A DNA stretch of 64,000 nucleotides, taken from the NCBI GenBank assembly GCA_050015255.1, contig JBEKBT010000005.1, forward strand, positions 657 through 64,656, read 5' to 3'. The DNA is from Acidimicrobiales bacterium. Its GTDB lineage: Bacteria > Actinomycetota > Acidimicrobiia > Acidimicrobiales > Bog-793. Under the pieces are notes generated by a model. That model was not told the origin of the DNA. It ran no database searches and saw only the letters and a program-made list of their open reading frames with translations. How positions within the stretch are numbered: the first letter of the stretch is position 1; each line of letters starts with the position of its first letter. The position numbers and the translations under genes are program-made. Below are positions 48,696 through 57,510 of this stretch, piece by piece.

Positions 48696-49357
48696 GCACG
48701 CGCGACAGCCGCCCCAGGGTCTTCCTCGTCGACGACCACCACCTGTTTCGCGCCGGGGTCCGCGCCGAGCTCGGCGACGCGGTCGAGCTCGTCGGGGAGG
48801 CGGACGAGGTCCCCGCCGCCATCGAGCTGATCGCCGAGCGTCTGCCCGATGTCGTGCTGCTCGACGTGCACATGCCCGCAGGCGGAGGCAAGGCGGTGAT
48901 AGAGGCCATCAAGCCGAGCCATCCGAGCGTGTTGTTTCTCGCCCTTTCGGTCTCCGACGCGCCCGAGGACGTGATCGCCGTCATCCGGGCCGGGGCCCGT
49001 GGCTATGTCACAAAGACGATCTCGGGGCCGGAGCTCATCGACGCCGTCCTGCGCGTCGCCGGCGGCGACGCCGTCTTCTCGCCGCGCCTCGCCGGCTTCG
49101 TGCTCGACGCCTTCGCCTCGATGCCAGCGGGCTCGGAGCTTGTGGGCCCGCTCGATCCCGAGCTTGACCAGCTCTCGCCGCGCGAGCGCGAGGTGCTGCG
49201 CCTCATCGCCCGCGGCTACTCCTACAAAGAGATCGCCCGCGAGCTGACGATCTCGGTCAAGACGGTCGAGAGCCACGTCTCGGCCGTGCTGCGAAAGCTC
49301 CAGCTGTCGACGCGCCACGAGCTGACGAGATGGGCGACCGAGCGGCGCCTGATCTAG
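48692..49357 (+). CDS. LuxR/NarL-family response regulator
   Basis: Receiver domain VFLVDDHHLF...VVLLDVHMP and a LuxR HTH (LSPREREVLRLIARGYSYKEIAREL). The ATG overlaps the kinase stop (ATGA). Confidence 0.9.
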   Translation: MSTRDSRPRVFLVDDHHLFRAGVRAELGDAVELVGEADEVPAAIELIAERLPDVVLLDVHMPAGGGKAVIEAIKPSHPSVLFLALSVSDAPEDVIAVIRAGARGYVTKTISGPELIDAVLRVAGGDAVFSPRLAGFVLDAFASMPAGSELVGPLDPELDQLSPREREVLRLIARGYSYKEIARELTISVKTVESHVSAVLRKLQLSTRHELTRWATERRLI

Positions 49358-49430
49358 CCTGAGCCGCACGACCAGGACCTTCCGTACGATCATCGAGCCG
49401 TTCCGGATCCACGCCGTCGAGCCGCTCCGC

Positions 49431-50750
49431 ATGACGACGCCGGACGAGCGCGCCGCGGCCATAAGAGCTGCCGGCTACAACGTCTTCAACCTCCTGGCCC
49501 GTGACGTCCTCATCGACTTGCTGACAGACTCCGGCACGGGAGCCATGAGCCGCGACCAATGGGCGGCGATCCAGCACGGCGACGAGTCCTACGCCGGCTC
49601 GCCCTCATGGGTCATCTTCCGGGACGCCGTCACCGAGCTGTTCCCGTTCCGCCACGTGATACCGACCCACCAGGGCCGGGCGGCCGAGAAGATCCTCTTC
49701 TCGGTGATCGGCGGCCCCGGCCGGGTCGTGCCGAGCAACACCCACTTCGACACGACGCGGGCCAATGTCGAGTTCACCGGCGCCGAGGCCGTCGACCTCG
49801 TCATCGCCGAGGGCCGAGACCCGGCCAACCTGCACCCGTTCAAGGGCAACCTTGACGTCACCGCCCTGGACGAGCTGATCAGGGCCCGGGGTCCCGACCA
49901 CGTGCCCGTGGTGATGGTCACCATCACCAACAACTCCGCCGGTGGGCAACCGGTCAGCCTGGCCAACCTGCACGAGGTGCGGGCCGTGTGCGACCGCTAT
50001 GGCCTGCCACTGTTCCTCGACGCCTGCCGTTTCGCCGAGAACGCCTGGTTCATACGCGAGCGCGAGGAGGGCCAGTCCCAGCGCGACGTCGCCGACATCG
50101 TGCGCGAGATGGCCTCGCTCGCGGACGGGATGACGATGAGCGCGAAGAAGGACCCGCTCGCCAACATCGGCGGCTGGCTGGCGTGCAACGACGACGCCCT
50201 CGCCGAGTCCTGCCGGAACATGCTGATCTTGACCGAGGGGTTCCCTACCTACGGCGGTCTCGCCGGGCGCGACCTCGAGGCCATCGCACAGGGGATCCGC
50301 GAGGCCGTCTCGCACGACTACCTGCGCTACCGGATCCAGTCGACGGCCTATCTGGGCGAGGCCCTGCATCGAAGCGGCGTACCTGTCTTCATGCCGATCG
50401 GAGGCCATGCCGTCTATCTCGACGCCCGCGCGCTGCTGCCTCACATCCCGCCGCTCGAGTACCCGGGCCAGGCGCTCGCCGTGGCGCTTTATGAGACCGG
50501 CGGCATCCGCGGCTGCGAGATCGGCACGGTGATGTTCGGGCTTCAGCCCGACGGCACCGAGAAGGAGGCGACGATGGACCTCGTCCGCCTCGCCATCCCC
50601 AGGCGCACCTACACCCAGAGCCACATCGACTACGTCATCGAGGTGTGCCAGGCGGTCGCCGAGAAGGCCTCCGGCCTTCGCGGCTACAAGATCGTCGAGC
50701 AGGCGCCCCAGCTGAGGCACTTCACGGCCCGTTTCCAGCCGATCGGCTGA
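49431..50750 (+). CDS. tnaA: Tryptophanase / tyrosine phenol-lyase family beta-eliminating lyase
   Basis: DLLTDSGTGAMS, IPTHQGRAAE, ITNNSAGGQPVS, PLP-lysine MSAKKD and FPTYGGL. The conserved N-terminal EPFRIHAVEP is encoded in frame upstream of this first ATG, so the true start probably lies at 49359-49392 on a non-canonical codon. Confidence 0.85.
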   Translation: MTTPDERAAAIRAAGYNVFNLLARDVLIDLLTDSGTGAMSRDQWAAIQHGDESYAGSPSWVIFRDAVTELFPFRHVIPTHQGRAAEKILFSVIGGPGRVVPSNTHFDTTRANVEFTGAEAVDLVIAEGRDPANLHPFKGNLDVTALDELIRARGPDHVPVVMVTITNNSAGGQPVSLANLHEVRAVCDRYGLPLFLDACRFAENAWFIREREEGQSQRDVADIVREMASLADGMTMSAKKDPLANIGGWLACNDDALAESCRNMLILTEGFPTYGGLAGRDLEAIAQGIREAVSHDYLRYRIQSTAYLGEALHRSGVPVFMPIGGHAVYLDARALLPHIPPLEYPGQALAVALYETGGIRGCEIGTVMFGLQPDGTEKEATMDLVRLAIPRRTYTQSHIDYVIEVCQAVAEKASGLRGYKIVEQAPQLRHFTARFQPIG

Positions 50751-50892
50751 TCAGCGCAATCTACGCGACCGGCAAGGCCTACGTGCAGGGTCCGTCAGCC
50801 CAGTTCTTCGCCTCGCTCGCCGGGGTGAGCTACGTCGTCGGGCACTGACGAGCGTCCGCCTGGCGGGCCATTGCGAGGACAGTCGTCGCGAT

Positions 50893-51522
50893 TCACCTTC
50901 GGGCGCTGAGCTCGCTCCAGCGAAAGCAGCTCGTCACGTGGTCCATCACGAGCCCGGTCGCCTGCAGGTGCGCGTAGCAGACAACCGGGCCCAGAAACCT
51001 GAATCCCCGCCGTCTCAGGTCCGCGCTCAGCTCCTTCGACAGCTGCGTCTCGGCCGGTATCTCCGACTCTGCCCGCCAGGCGTTGACCAACGGCAGGCCG
51101 CCGACAAAGCCCCATACGTAGCTGTCGAAGCTGCCGAACTGGCGCCGGATCTCCAGGAAGGCCCGGGCGTTTGTGATCGCGCTCTCGACCTTGCGGCGGT
51201 TGCGGATTATCCCCGGATCACCCAAAAGACGCGCGACGTCGGCTGGCTCGAGCTCAGCGACGGCTTCCGGATCGAAGTTGCAGAACGCCTGCCGGTAGCC
51301 GTCCCGGCGCTTCAGGATCGTGATCCAGCTCAGGCCGGCCTGCGCCGACTCGAGCACCAGGAACTCGAAGTGCCGGCGGTCGTCGTGCACGGGCACGCCC
51401 CACTCCTCGTCGTGATAGGGCTGCAGGAACGCACCGGCCGCCCACTGGCAACGCGAGGGCTCCGCAGCGCTCGCCTCGGGCTCGGGGCGAAGCGGTCCCG
51501 AAGAGCTCTTCTGACTGGCCAT
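50893..51522 (-). CDS. tag: DNA-3-methyladenine glycosylase I
   Basis: RCQWAAGAFLQPYHDEEWGVP...FEFLVLESAQAGLSW. Start at the ATG at 51522. Confidence 0.85.
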   Translation of the reverse strand: MASQKSSSGPLRPEPEASAAEPSRCQWAAGAFLQPYHDEEWGVPVHDDRRHFEFLVLESAQAGLSWITILKRRDGYRQAFCNFDPEAVAELEPADVARLLGDPGIIRNRRKVESAITNARAFLEIRRQFGSFDSYVWGFVGGLPLVNAWRAESEIPAETQLSKELSADLRRRGFRFLGPVVCYAHLQATGLVMDHVTSCFRWSELSARR

Positions 51523-51554
51523 AGCCGAGTTGTAACAGACCTTTGCCGATGCGA

Positions 51555-52652
51555 TCAAAGGAGGCGGAGCTGCTCGTTGGAGGCGCATAGGCTCGTGGTT
51601 TCACGCCGGGGTCGTTGTCCTTCGGCAGTTCGCGCGACCCGCGGAGCCGGCGCCTTGCCAGAGCGTCGCCCGGGCCGGTCGAGACCGGCAAGGCGGCGAC
51701 CGGCGGACTCTTCCACCGCCCGCACGACCTCGGTGATGCGGTGCTGCTCGGCCCGGGACTGGTAGGAGCCTTTGCGGAAACGTTCACCGTGAAGCTCCAC
51801 GAGGTCGGGCCGTACCTTGCCGAGCCACTCGAGGTAGTGCTCACGGACGCCGGGCCGCAGATGGAGCGCGACCGGCGTCAGCGAGACCGCTCCCGCTTCG
51901 AGGCACGCCGCGGCCACAGCCCGCAACTGGTCGTCGGAGTCAGACATGCCCGGCAGGACCGGGGCGATCAGCACGCCGCAGCGCACCCCCGCCTCGTTGA
52001 GTCGCGCCACCGCCTCCAAACGCTTGTCCGGGGGCGGAGTGCCAGGCTCGCTGAGGCGCCACACGTCGCGCTCCAGGGTGCCGATCGAAAGGGCGAGGCT
52101 GACACGCGTGCGCCTTGCCGCTTCGGCCAGCAAGGCCAGGTCCCTCAAGACCAGCGTCGACTTGGTGAGGATGTTGAAGGAGTTCCTGGCCTCGGCGAGC
52201 ACCCGCACGACGCCCTGGGTGAGGTGGTACTTGCCCTCGGCCTTCTGGTAGGGGTCGGTGCTCGTGCCCATCGCGATGTGGTCTCCCTGCCACCTGGGCG
52301 ATCGCAGCTCGGCGCGCAGCCGCTCGACGGCGTTGACCTTGACGACGATCTTTCGCTCGAAGTCCTCCCCCGTCCCGAGCCCGAGATATGTGTGCGTCGG
52401 TCTCGCGAAGCAGTAGGTGCAGGCGTGGCTGCATCCCCGATAGGCGTTGATCGTGTAACTGAAGGGCATTCTCGAGGCAGCCGGCACTTTGTTCACGATC
52501 GTGCGGGCATTGACGTGGAAGAACTCCATGCCTCGGTACTCCCCCGTTCCGACGTGGCGTTCACCGAGCGAGGACTGCGGGAAAAGCATCCCGGACGCCT
52601 CCTCCTCGACCAGACGCCAGCGAAGCTGGCCCGCTTCCCCCTGCTCCTCCAT
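51555..52652 (-). CDS. Radical SAM protein of the SplB/Rv2578c-like DNA-repair photolyase family (COG1533)
   Basis: CxxxCxxC motif CSHACTYCFARP. 365 aa. Located upstream of tag. Confidence 0.8.
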   Translation of the reverse strand: MEEQGEAGQLRWRLVEEEASGMLFPQSSLGERHVGTGEYRGMEFFHVNARTIVNKVPAASRMPFSYTINAYRGCSHACTYCFARPTHTYLGLGTGEDFERKIVVKVNAVERLRAELRSPRWQGDHIAMGTSTDPYQKAEGKYHLTQGVVRVLAEARNSFNILTKSTLVLRDLALLAEAARRTRVSLALSIGTLERDVWRLSEPGTPPPDKRLEAVARLNEAGVRCGVLIAPVLPGMSDSDDQLRAVAAACLEAGAVSLTPVALHLRPGVREHYLEWLGKVRPDLVELHGERFRKGSYQSRAEQHRITEVVRAVEESAGRRLAGLDRPGRRSGKAPAPRVARTAEGQRPRRETTSLCASNEQLRLL

Positions 52653-52664
52653 GACGACAGCTTA

Positions 52665-52680
52665 TCGAACATACGTACGT
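52665..52680 (-). promoter_or_regulatory. Candidate LexA (SOS) box upstream of the radical-SAM/tag pair
   Basis: TCGAAC-ATAC-GTACGT compared with the actinobacterial consensus TCGAAC-N4-GTTCGA. There is one mismatch in the GAAC-N4-GTTC core. It lies 13 nt from the start codon at 52652. Confidence 0.4.
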
Positions 52681-52727
52681 CGCGATGGATCCGCCCCGTG
52701 CCGCCCAGTTGGTCATAGTGTGGCCGG

Positions 52728-53162
52728 GTGGCCCGGGTGCCCGAGGTCGTGACAGCAATCGACGATCCGCGCGAGCGGGAGCTCCTCCAGCGTGCCTATG
52801 AAGCGTCCTTCAAGGCGTACGCGCCGTATTCGAAGTTCCACGTCGGTGCCGCTGTGCGGACGACAAGAGGCACCTACGTGGGCTGCAACGTCGAGAACGG
52901 GAGCTACGGGCTGACCTCGTGCGCGGAGCGCAACGCCGTGTTCGCCGCCATCACGGCAGAGGGTGGCAAGGTCACGATCGAGGCGGTGGGTGTCTACGCC
53001 CGCGCACCGGGCAGGAAGGTGAAGACCGCCTCGCCCTGTGGTGCGTGCCGGCAAGTGCTCGCGGAGTTCGGGCGCGACGCGGCTGTCACGTTTCTCGAGA
53101 GCGGGCGGTGCCGCACCACGACCGTCGACGAGCTGCTTCCTGCCGCCTACGAGCTGTACTGA
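52728..53162 (+). CDS. cdd: Cytidine deaminase
   Basis: Zinc motifs CAERNA and PCGACRQ. 144 aa. Confidence 0.9.
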   Translation: MARVPEVVTAIDDPRERELLQRAYEASFKAYAPYSKFHVGAAVRTTRGTYVGCNVENGSYGLTSCAERNAVFAAITAEGGKVTIEAVGVYARAPGRKVKTASPCGACRQVLAEFGRDAAVTFLESGRCRTTTVDELLPAAYELY

Positions 53163-53184
53163 TCCTGGCGAAAGGCTCGAAGAT

Positions 53185-54399
53185 CTAGTCGACGCCAGCT
53201 GCGATCTCGGCAACCCCCTCGAGCAGACGTCTCACATCGGACTCGTCGTTGTAGTGCACAAGGCCGGCGCGCACCGCTCCCCCACCATCGCGGATCTTGA
53301 GCGCCCCGGCGAGCTCCCAGGCGTAATTGTCCCCGTTCCACACGTTGACCCGACGCTCGGCGAGGTGCTTGGCGACCTCTGAAGGCGTCCGGCCGGCGAC
53401 GTTGAAGCATGCAGTGGGAGCACGAGAAGGCGCCTTCCCGTAGGTGGTGACGTCGCCAATCGCGTCCAGGCCGCCCAGCAGGGTCTTGAACAGGGCCCCC
53501 TCGTACGCCTCCACGGCCGCCATCGAGGTGATGATCCGTTCGCGTCGCGATCCGATCGCCGCTTCATCGAGCGAGGCCAGATGCTCGACTGCGGCGACAA
53601 CGCCCGCCAGGTCGGCGAAGGGCGACGTGCCTCGTTCGAACCGAGCCGGCACCGAATCGGACGCCGGCTCGAGCTTGTCAGGGTGCAACGTCTCGAGCAG
53701 CCCCGGGCTCGCGACGACGGCGCCGACGTGCGGACCGGACCATTTGTAGGCACTCGTGGCGTAGAAGTCAGCTCCGAGCGCGGCGACGTCGGTAGGCCCG
53801 TGCGGTGTCGCGTGCACACCGTCGACGTAGGTGAGAGCGCCAAACCCGTGCGCCTTGCGGGTGATCGCAGCGACATCGGGCCGGGTTCCGATGAGGTTGC
53901 TCGCCGCTGTGACCGCCACAAGCCTGGTTCGTTCCGACAAGAGCTCGTCGTACTGGGCCGCCTCGAGCTCGCTGCTCTCGACGTCGACCTCTGCCCAGCG
54001 GACGACCGCGCCGGCACGTGCGGCTGCTTGAACCCAGGGCCGCACGTTCGCGTCGTGGTCCAACCGGGAGACGACGACCTCGTCACCACTGCTCCACCGC
54101 CTGGAGAGGACCTCCGCGAGCCGGTAGGTGAGCGTGGTCATGTTAGGGCCGAGGATCACCCCGAGCGGCTCGCCCCCCACGAGATCGGCCACGGCGAGCC
54201 GGGCCGCGCGGACGATCTCCCCGGCACGGCGGCTGGCGGGGAAGGCTCCTCCCCTGTTGCCGAGCCCCGCAAGATAAGCGCCTGAGATGGCCGCGATGAC
54301 GCTCGAGGGCACCTGGGTGCCCGCTGCCCCGTCGAGATAGGCGTACCCGTCACCGAGGGCGGGATATGACGACTTCACCCGGAGGACGTCGAATGTCAC
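53185..54399 (-). CDS. Class V aminotransferase / cysteine-desulfurase-like protein
   Basis: Fold-type I PLP enzyme (YLDGAAGTQVP..., SAYKWSGPHVG). The GTG at 54399 lies 7 nt after the upstream stop. The track start at 54519 overlaps the neighbouring gene. Confidence 0.75.
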   Translation of the reverse strand: MTFDVLRVKSSYPALGDGYAYLDGAAGTQVPSSVIAAISGAYLAGLGNRGGAFPASRRAGEIVRAARLAVADLVGGEPLGVILGPNMTTLTYRLAEVLSRRWSSGDEVVVSRLDHDANVRPWVQAAARAGAVVRWAEVDVESSELEAAQYDELLSERTRLVAVTAASNLIGTRPDVAAITRKAHGFGALTYVDGVHATPHGPTDVAALGADFYATSAYKWSGPHVGAVVASPGLLETLHPDKLEPASDSVPARFERGTSPFADLAGVVAAVEHLASLDEAAIGSRRERIITSMAAVEAYEGALFKTLLGGLDAIGDVTTYGKAPSRAPTACFNVAGRTPSEVAKHLAERRVNVWNGDNYAWELAGALKIRDGGGAVRAGLVHYNDESDVRRLLEGVAEIAAGVD

Positions 54400-54406
54400 G
54401 GCACCA

Positions 54407-54790
54407 CTACTCGGGATCGTGGCAGACGGCCTCGACGTTGTTCCCGTCGGGATCGCGGACGAACGCGCCGTAGTAGTGCTCGTGGTACTCGGGCCACAGA
54501 CGCGGCTCATTGAGCACAAGGGCGCCGAGGGACACGGCCGCTTCGAAAAAGGCTCTCACCGTCGCCCGGTCCCTCGCCCTGAAGGCCACGTGGACCTCGC
54601 GGTTCGGGTCATCTGAGACGACTGGACCCAGCCAGAACTCCGGCTTTCCCTCGACCCCGTAGCCGATGACCTCGCCGAAATCCATCGCCCGGGCAGCGCC
54701 AAGCGGCGCAAGGACACGGTCGTAGAACAACGAGCTCGCGCCCACGTCAGAGCACTGAATAGACAGATGATCAAGCATGGTCGGGATCAT
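54407..54790 (-). CDS. VOC/glyoxalase-family protein
   Basis: MLDHLSIQCSDVGASSLFY...HVAFRA...YGAFVRDPDGNNVEAV. Start at 54790 or 54778. The upstream part of the track ORF looks like non-coding junk. Confidence 0.75.
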   Translation of the reverse strand: MIPTMLDHLSIQCSDVGASSLFYDRVLAPLGAARAMDFGEVIGYGVEGKPEFWLGPVVSDDPNREVHVAFRARDRATVRAFFEAAVSLGALVLNEPRLWPEYHEHYYGAFVRDPDGNNVEAVCHDPE

Positions 54791-55018
54791 ACGGCCAGGG
54801 TTCGAGGAACGACAGGGCCTCCCAAGACGTGTCCCGAACCCCGGTGCGCGAGACTTGGTGGTTCCTATGCCCGCCCGACTCGCGGCGTGGCTGCGTCCCG
54901 GCGGCGCGAGGCTCCTCCACAAGGATGAACACGACGAGCGGGAGAAAGCCCAGGAGCGGTACGAGGTCGACGAACAGCACGAAGACGAAGTCTTCGACGA
55001 CGAGGCGGTGGACAAGCG

Positions 55019-56353
55019 ATGACTATGACCCCCCAAGCAGGATCGAACGGCCGGGGCGAGACCCAACCGGCTCCGGGCCACATGGACATGGTGAACCTCA
55101 TCTGCTCAAAACGCGACGGCCACGAGCTCAAAGACGCCGAGATCGACTGGATCATCGACGCCTACGTCCACGGCACGGTCGCGGACGAACAGGTGGCGGC
55201 GCTCTTGATGGCGATCTTCTGGCGTGGCTTGTCGGATGCCGAGCTGTCCCGGTGGACCGCGGCGACCATCGCCTCGGGCGAGACGATGGACCTCTCGGGC
55301 CTGTCGCGTCCCACCGTCGACAAGCATTCGACCGGCGGTGTCGGCGACAAGGTGTCGCTCATCCTCGTCCCGCTCGTGGCGGGCTGCGGAGCCGCTGTGC
55401 CCCAGCTGTCGGGGCGGGGGCTCGGCCACACAGGTGGCACGCTCGACAAGATGGAGTCGATCCCGGGCTGGCACTCGGAGCTTTCCAACCGGGAGATGCT
55501 CGCCCAACTCGAGAAGATCGGCTGCGTCATCTGCGCCGCCGGCGACGGGCTTGCCCCGGCGGACCGCAAGCTCTACGCGCTTCGCGACGTGACCGGGACC
55601 GTGGAGTCGATCCCGCTCATCGCCGCGTCGATCATGTCGAAGAAGATTGCCGAGGGCACTCGGTCGCTCGTCTTGGACGTGAAGGTCGGCTCGGGTGCCT
55701 TCATGACAGAGCGGGATCGGGCCACCGAGCTCGCCCGGACAATGGTCCGCCTCGGGCGCGACCACGGGCTCAAGGTGACGGCCCTGCTGAGCGCCATGGA
55801 CATGCCCTTGGGGCACGCCGTCGGAAACGCCCTCGAGGTCGCCGAGTCGATCGAGGTGCTCTCGGGCTCAAAAGAGCCGGCCGATCTCGTCGAGCTGACG
55901 CTCTCGCTCGCACGGGAGATGTTGGAGCTGGCCGGAATCAGCGCCGATCCCGCCCGGGCGCTCGGCGACGGCACGGCTTTGGCGCGCTTTCGCGACTTGG
56001 TCGTGGCCCAGGGAGGTGACCCCGATGCTCCCCTGCCCCGGGCGCCTCATGTCGATATCGTGAGCGCGGAGCGTACGGGCATCCTCACAAGGCTTGATGC
56101 GCGCGCCGTCGGGGTCGCCGCCTGGCGACTCGGGGCAGGCAGAGCGCGCAAGGAGGACCCCGTGAGCGCCGTTGCAGGTGTCGTCTGCCAAGTCAAGCCC
56201 GGCGACAAGGTCACCGAGGGTCAACCTCTACTTGAGCTTCATACCGAACGGCCCGAGAGGTTCGATTGGGGGCGCCAAGCGCTCGAGGGCGCGATCGCCA
56301 TCGGCGACCAGCCCCCGGCCTCTGTGCCGGTTGTCCTGGAGGTGATCAATTGA
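55019..56353 (+). CDS. deoA: Thymidine/pyrimidine-nucleoside phosphorylase
   Basis: [14 protein letters not shown] and [11 protein letters not shown]. Start at 55019 (GGTGGA lies 6 nt upstream) or 55082. Confidence 0.9.
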   Translation: MTMTPQAGSNGRGETQPAPGHMDMVNLICSKRDGHELKDAEIDWIIDAYVHGTVADEQVAALLMAIFWRGLSDAELSRWTAATIASGETMDLSGLSRPTVDKHSTGGVGDKVSLILVPLVAGCGAAVPQLSGRGLGHTGGTLDKMESIPGWHSELSNREMLAQLEKIGCVICAAGDGLAPADRKLYALRDVTGTVESIPLIAASIMSKKIAEGTRSLVLDVKVGSGAFMTERDRATELARTMVRLGRDHGLKVTALLSAMDMPLGHAVGNALEVAESIEVLSGSKEPADLVELTLSLAREMLELAGISADPARALGDGTALARFRDLVVAQGGDPDAPLPRAPHVDIVSAERTGILTRLDARAVGVAAWRLGAGRARKEDPVSAVAGVVCQVKPGDKVTEGQPLLELHTERPERFDWGRQALEGAIAIGDQPPASVPVVLEVIN

Positions 56354-57510
56354 GTGCCAAGCCCGGCCTCGAAGAGATCCGCTCTGTGCCGAAGGTTCTC
56401 CTCCACGATCACCTCGACGGCGGCCTTCGGCCGGCCACGGTGGTCGATCTCGCAGCTGAGCAGGGTTACCACGCCCTGCCGACGACTGACCCGGAGGAGT
56501 TGGCGGCATGGTTCATCGCCGCCGCTCCTCGCCGTGACCTGGTGCGCTACCTGGAGGGCTTCGTCCATACCGTCGCTGTGATGCAGACCTCACAAGCGCT
56601 CGAGCGCGTCGCCAGAGAGTGCGTCGAGGACCTCGTCGACGACGGAATCGTCTACGCAGAGGTGCGCTTTGCGCCGGAGCTTCACACCGAGCACGGTCTC
56701 ACGCTCGAACAGGTCGTCGAATCAGTGCTGGAGGGCTTCGACGGCGCCATGGCGCGCGCCGCAGCCGCGGGACGACCGATCGTGGTCCGCACGCTGCTGT
56801 GTGCCATGCGCACCGCGGACCGTTCCCGCGAGATCGCCGCGCTTGCGGTCAAGTACCGCGACGTCGGGGTTGCCGGCTTTGACGTCGCCGGGCCCGAGGC
56901 CGGCTATCCGCCCACGGATCACCTCGACGCGTTCCATCTCGTGCAGCGCGAGAACTTCCACGCCACCTTGCACGCGGGCGAAGCGTTCGGCCTTCCCTCG
57001 ATCTGGCAGGCGATCCAATGGTGCAACGCCGAGCGGCTCGGCCACGGGGTCCGCATCGTCGACGACATCCTGATCGATCCCGACGGTGTCGCCTCGCTCG
57101 GCCGATTGGCGGCCTACATCAGGGACCGGCGCATACCGCTCGAGATGTGCCCCACCTCCAACGTGCACACCGGGGCCGTCCCCTCCATCGCCGAGCACCC
57201 GATCGGGCTGCTCCGCCGACTCAGGTTCCGGGTCACGGTGAACACCGACAACCGCCTCATGAGCGGCATCACCCTGTCCTCGGAGCTGGCCGGACTCGTC
57301 AAGACCTTCGACTGGTCGTGGCGGGACATCAACTGGTTCACGATCAACGCGATGAAGAGCGCTTTCTATCCCTTCGAGGACCGCCTGGCACTGATCGACG
57401 GCAAGATAAAGCCGGGTTTTGCCACCTTGGACCCAGATGCCGGCCCAAGTGCCTCGAGCGGCTCCTCAGCAGCTCAAGGCTTTTTCGGCGACGACGCGCT
57501 GATCGACTGA
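56350..57510 (+). CDS. add: Adenosine deaminase
   Basis: [14 protein letters not shown] and TVNTDN motifs. The TTG at 56350 overlaps the deoA stop (TTGA). Confidence 0.85.
   Translation: MSAKPGLEEIRSVPKVLLHDHLDGGLRPATVVDLAAEQGYHALPTTDPEELAAWFIAAAPRRDLVRYLEGFVHTVAVMQTSQALERVARECVEDLVDDGIVYAEVRFAPELHTEHGLTLEQVVESVLEGFDGAMARAAAAGRPIVVRTLLCAMRTADRSREIAALAVKYRDVGVAGFDVAGPEAGYPPTDHLDAFHLVQRENFHATLHAGEAFGLPSIWQAIQWCNAERLGHGVRIVDDILIDPDGVASLGRLAAYIRDRRIPLEMCPTSNVHTGAVPSIAEHPIGLLRRLRFRVTVNTDNRLMSGITLSSELAGLVKTFDWSWRDINWFTINAMKSAFYPFEDRLALIDGKIKPGFATLDPDAGPSASSGSSAAQGFFGDDALID

Noticed and set aside
54771-55022. Two mutually antisense small ORFs lie in the VOC/deoA divergent gap. One is an 81-aa plus-strand ORF with a highly acidic tail whose stop overlaps the deoA ATG (ATGA). 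The other is a 69-aa minus-strand ORF with an N-terminal hydrophobic helix whose stop overlaps the VOC start region.
   Set aside because: Neither has a Shine-Dalgarno sequence. They occupy the same codon triplets, so GC3 cannot discriminate between them. At most one can be real. The region is more simply a divergent promoter. Ribo-seq would be needed to revive either.
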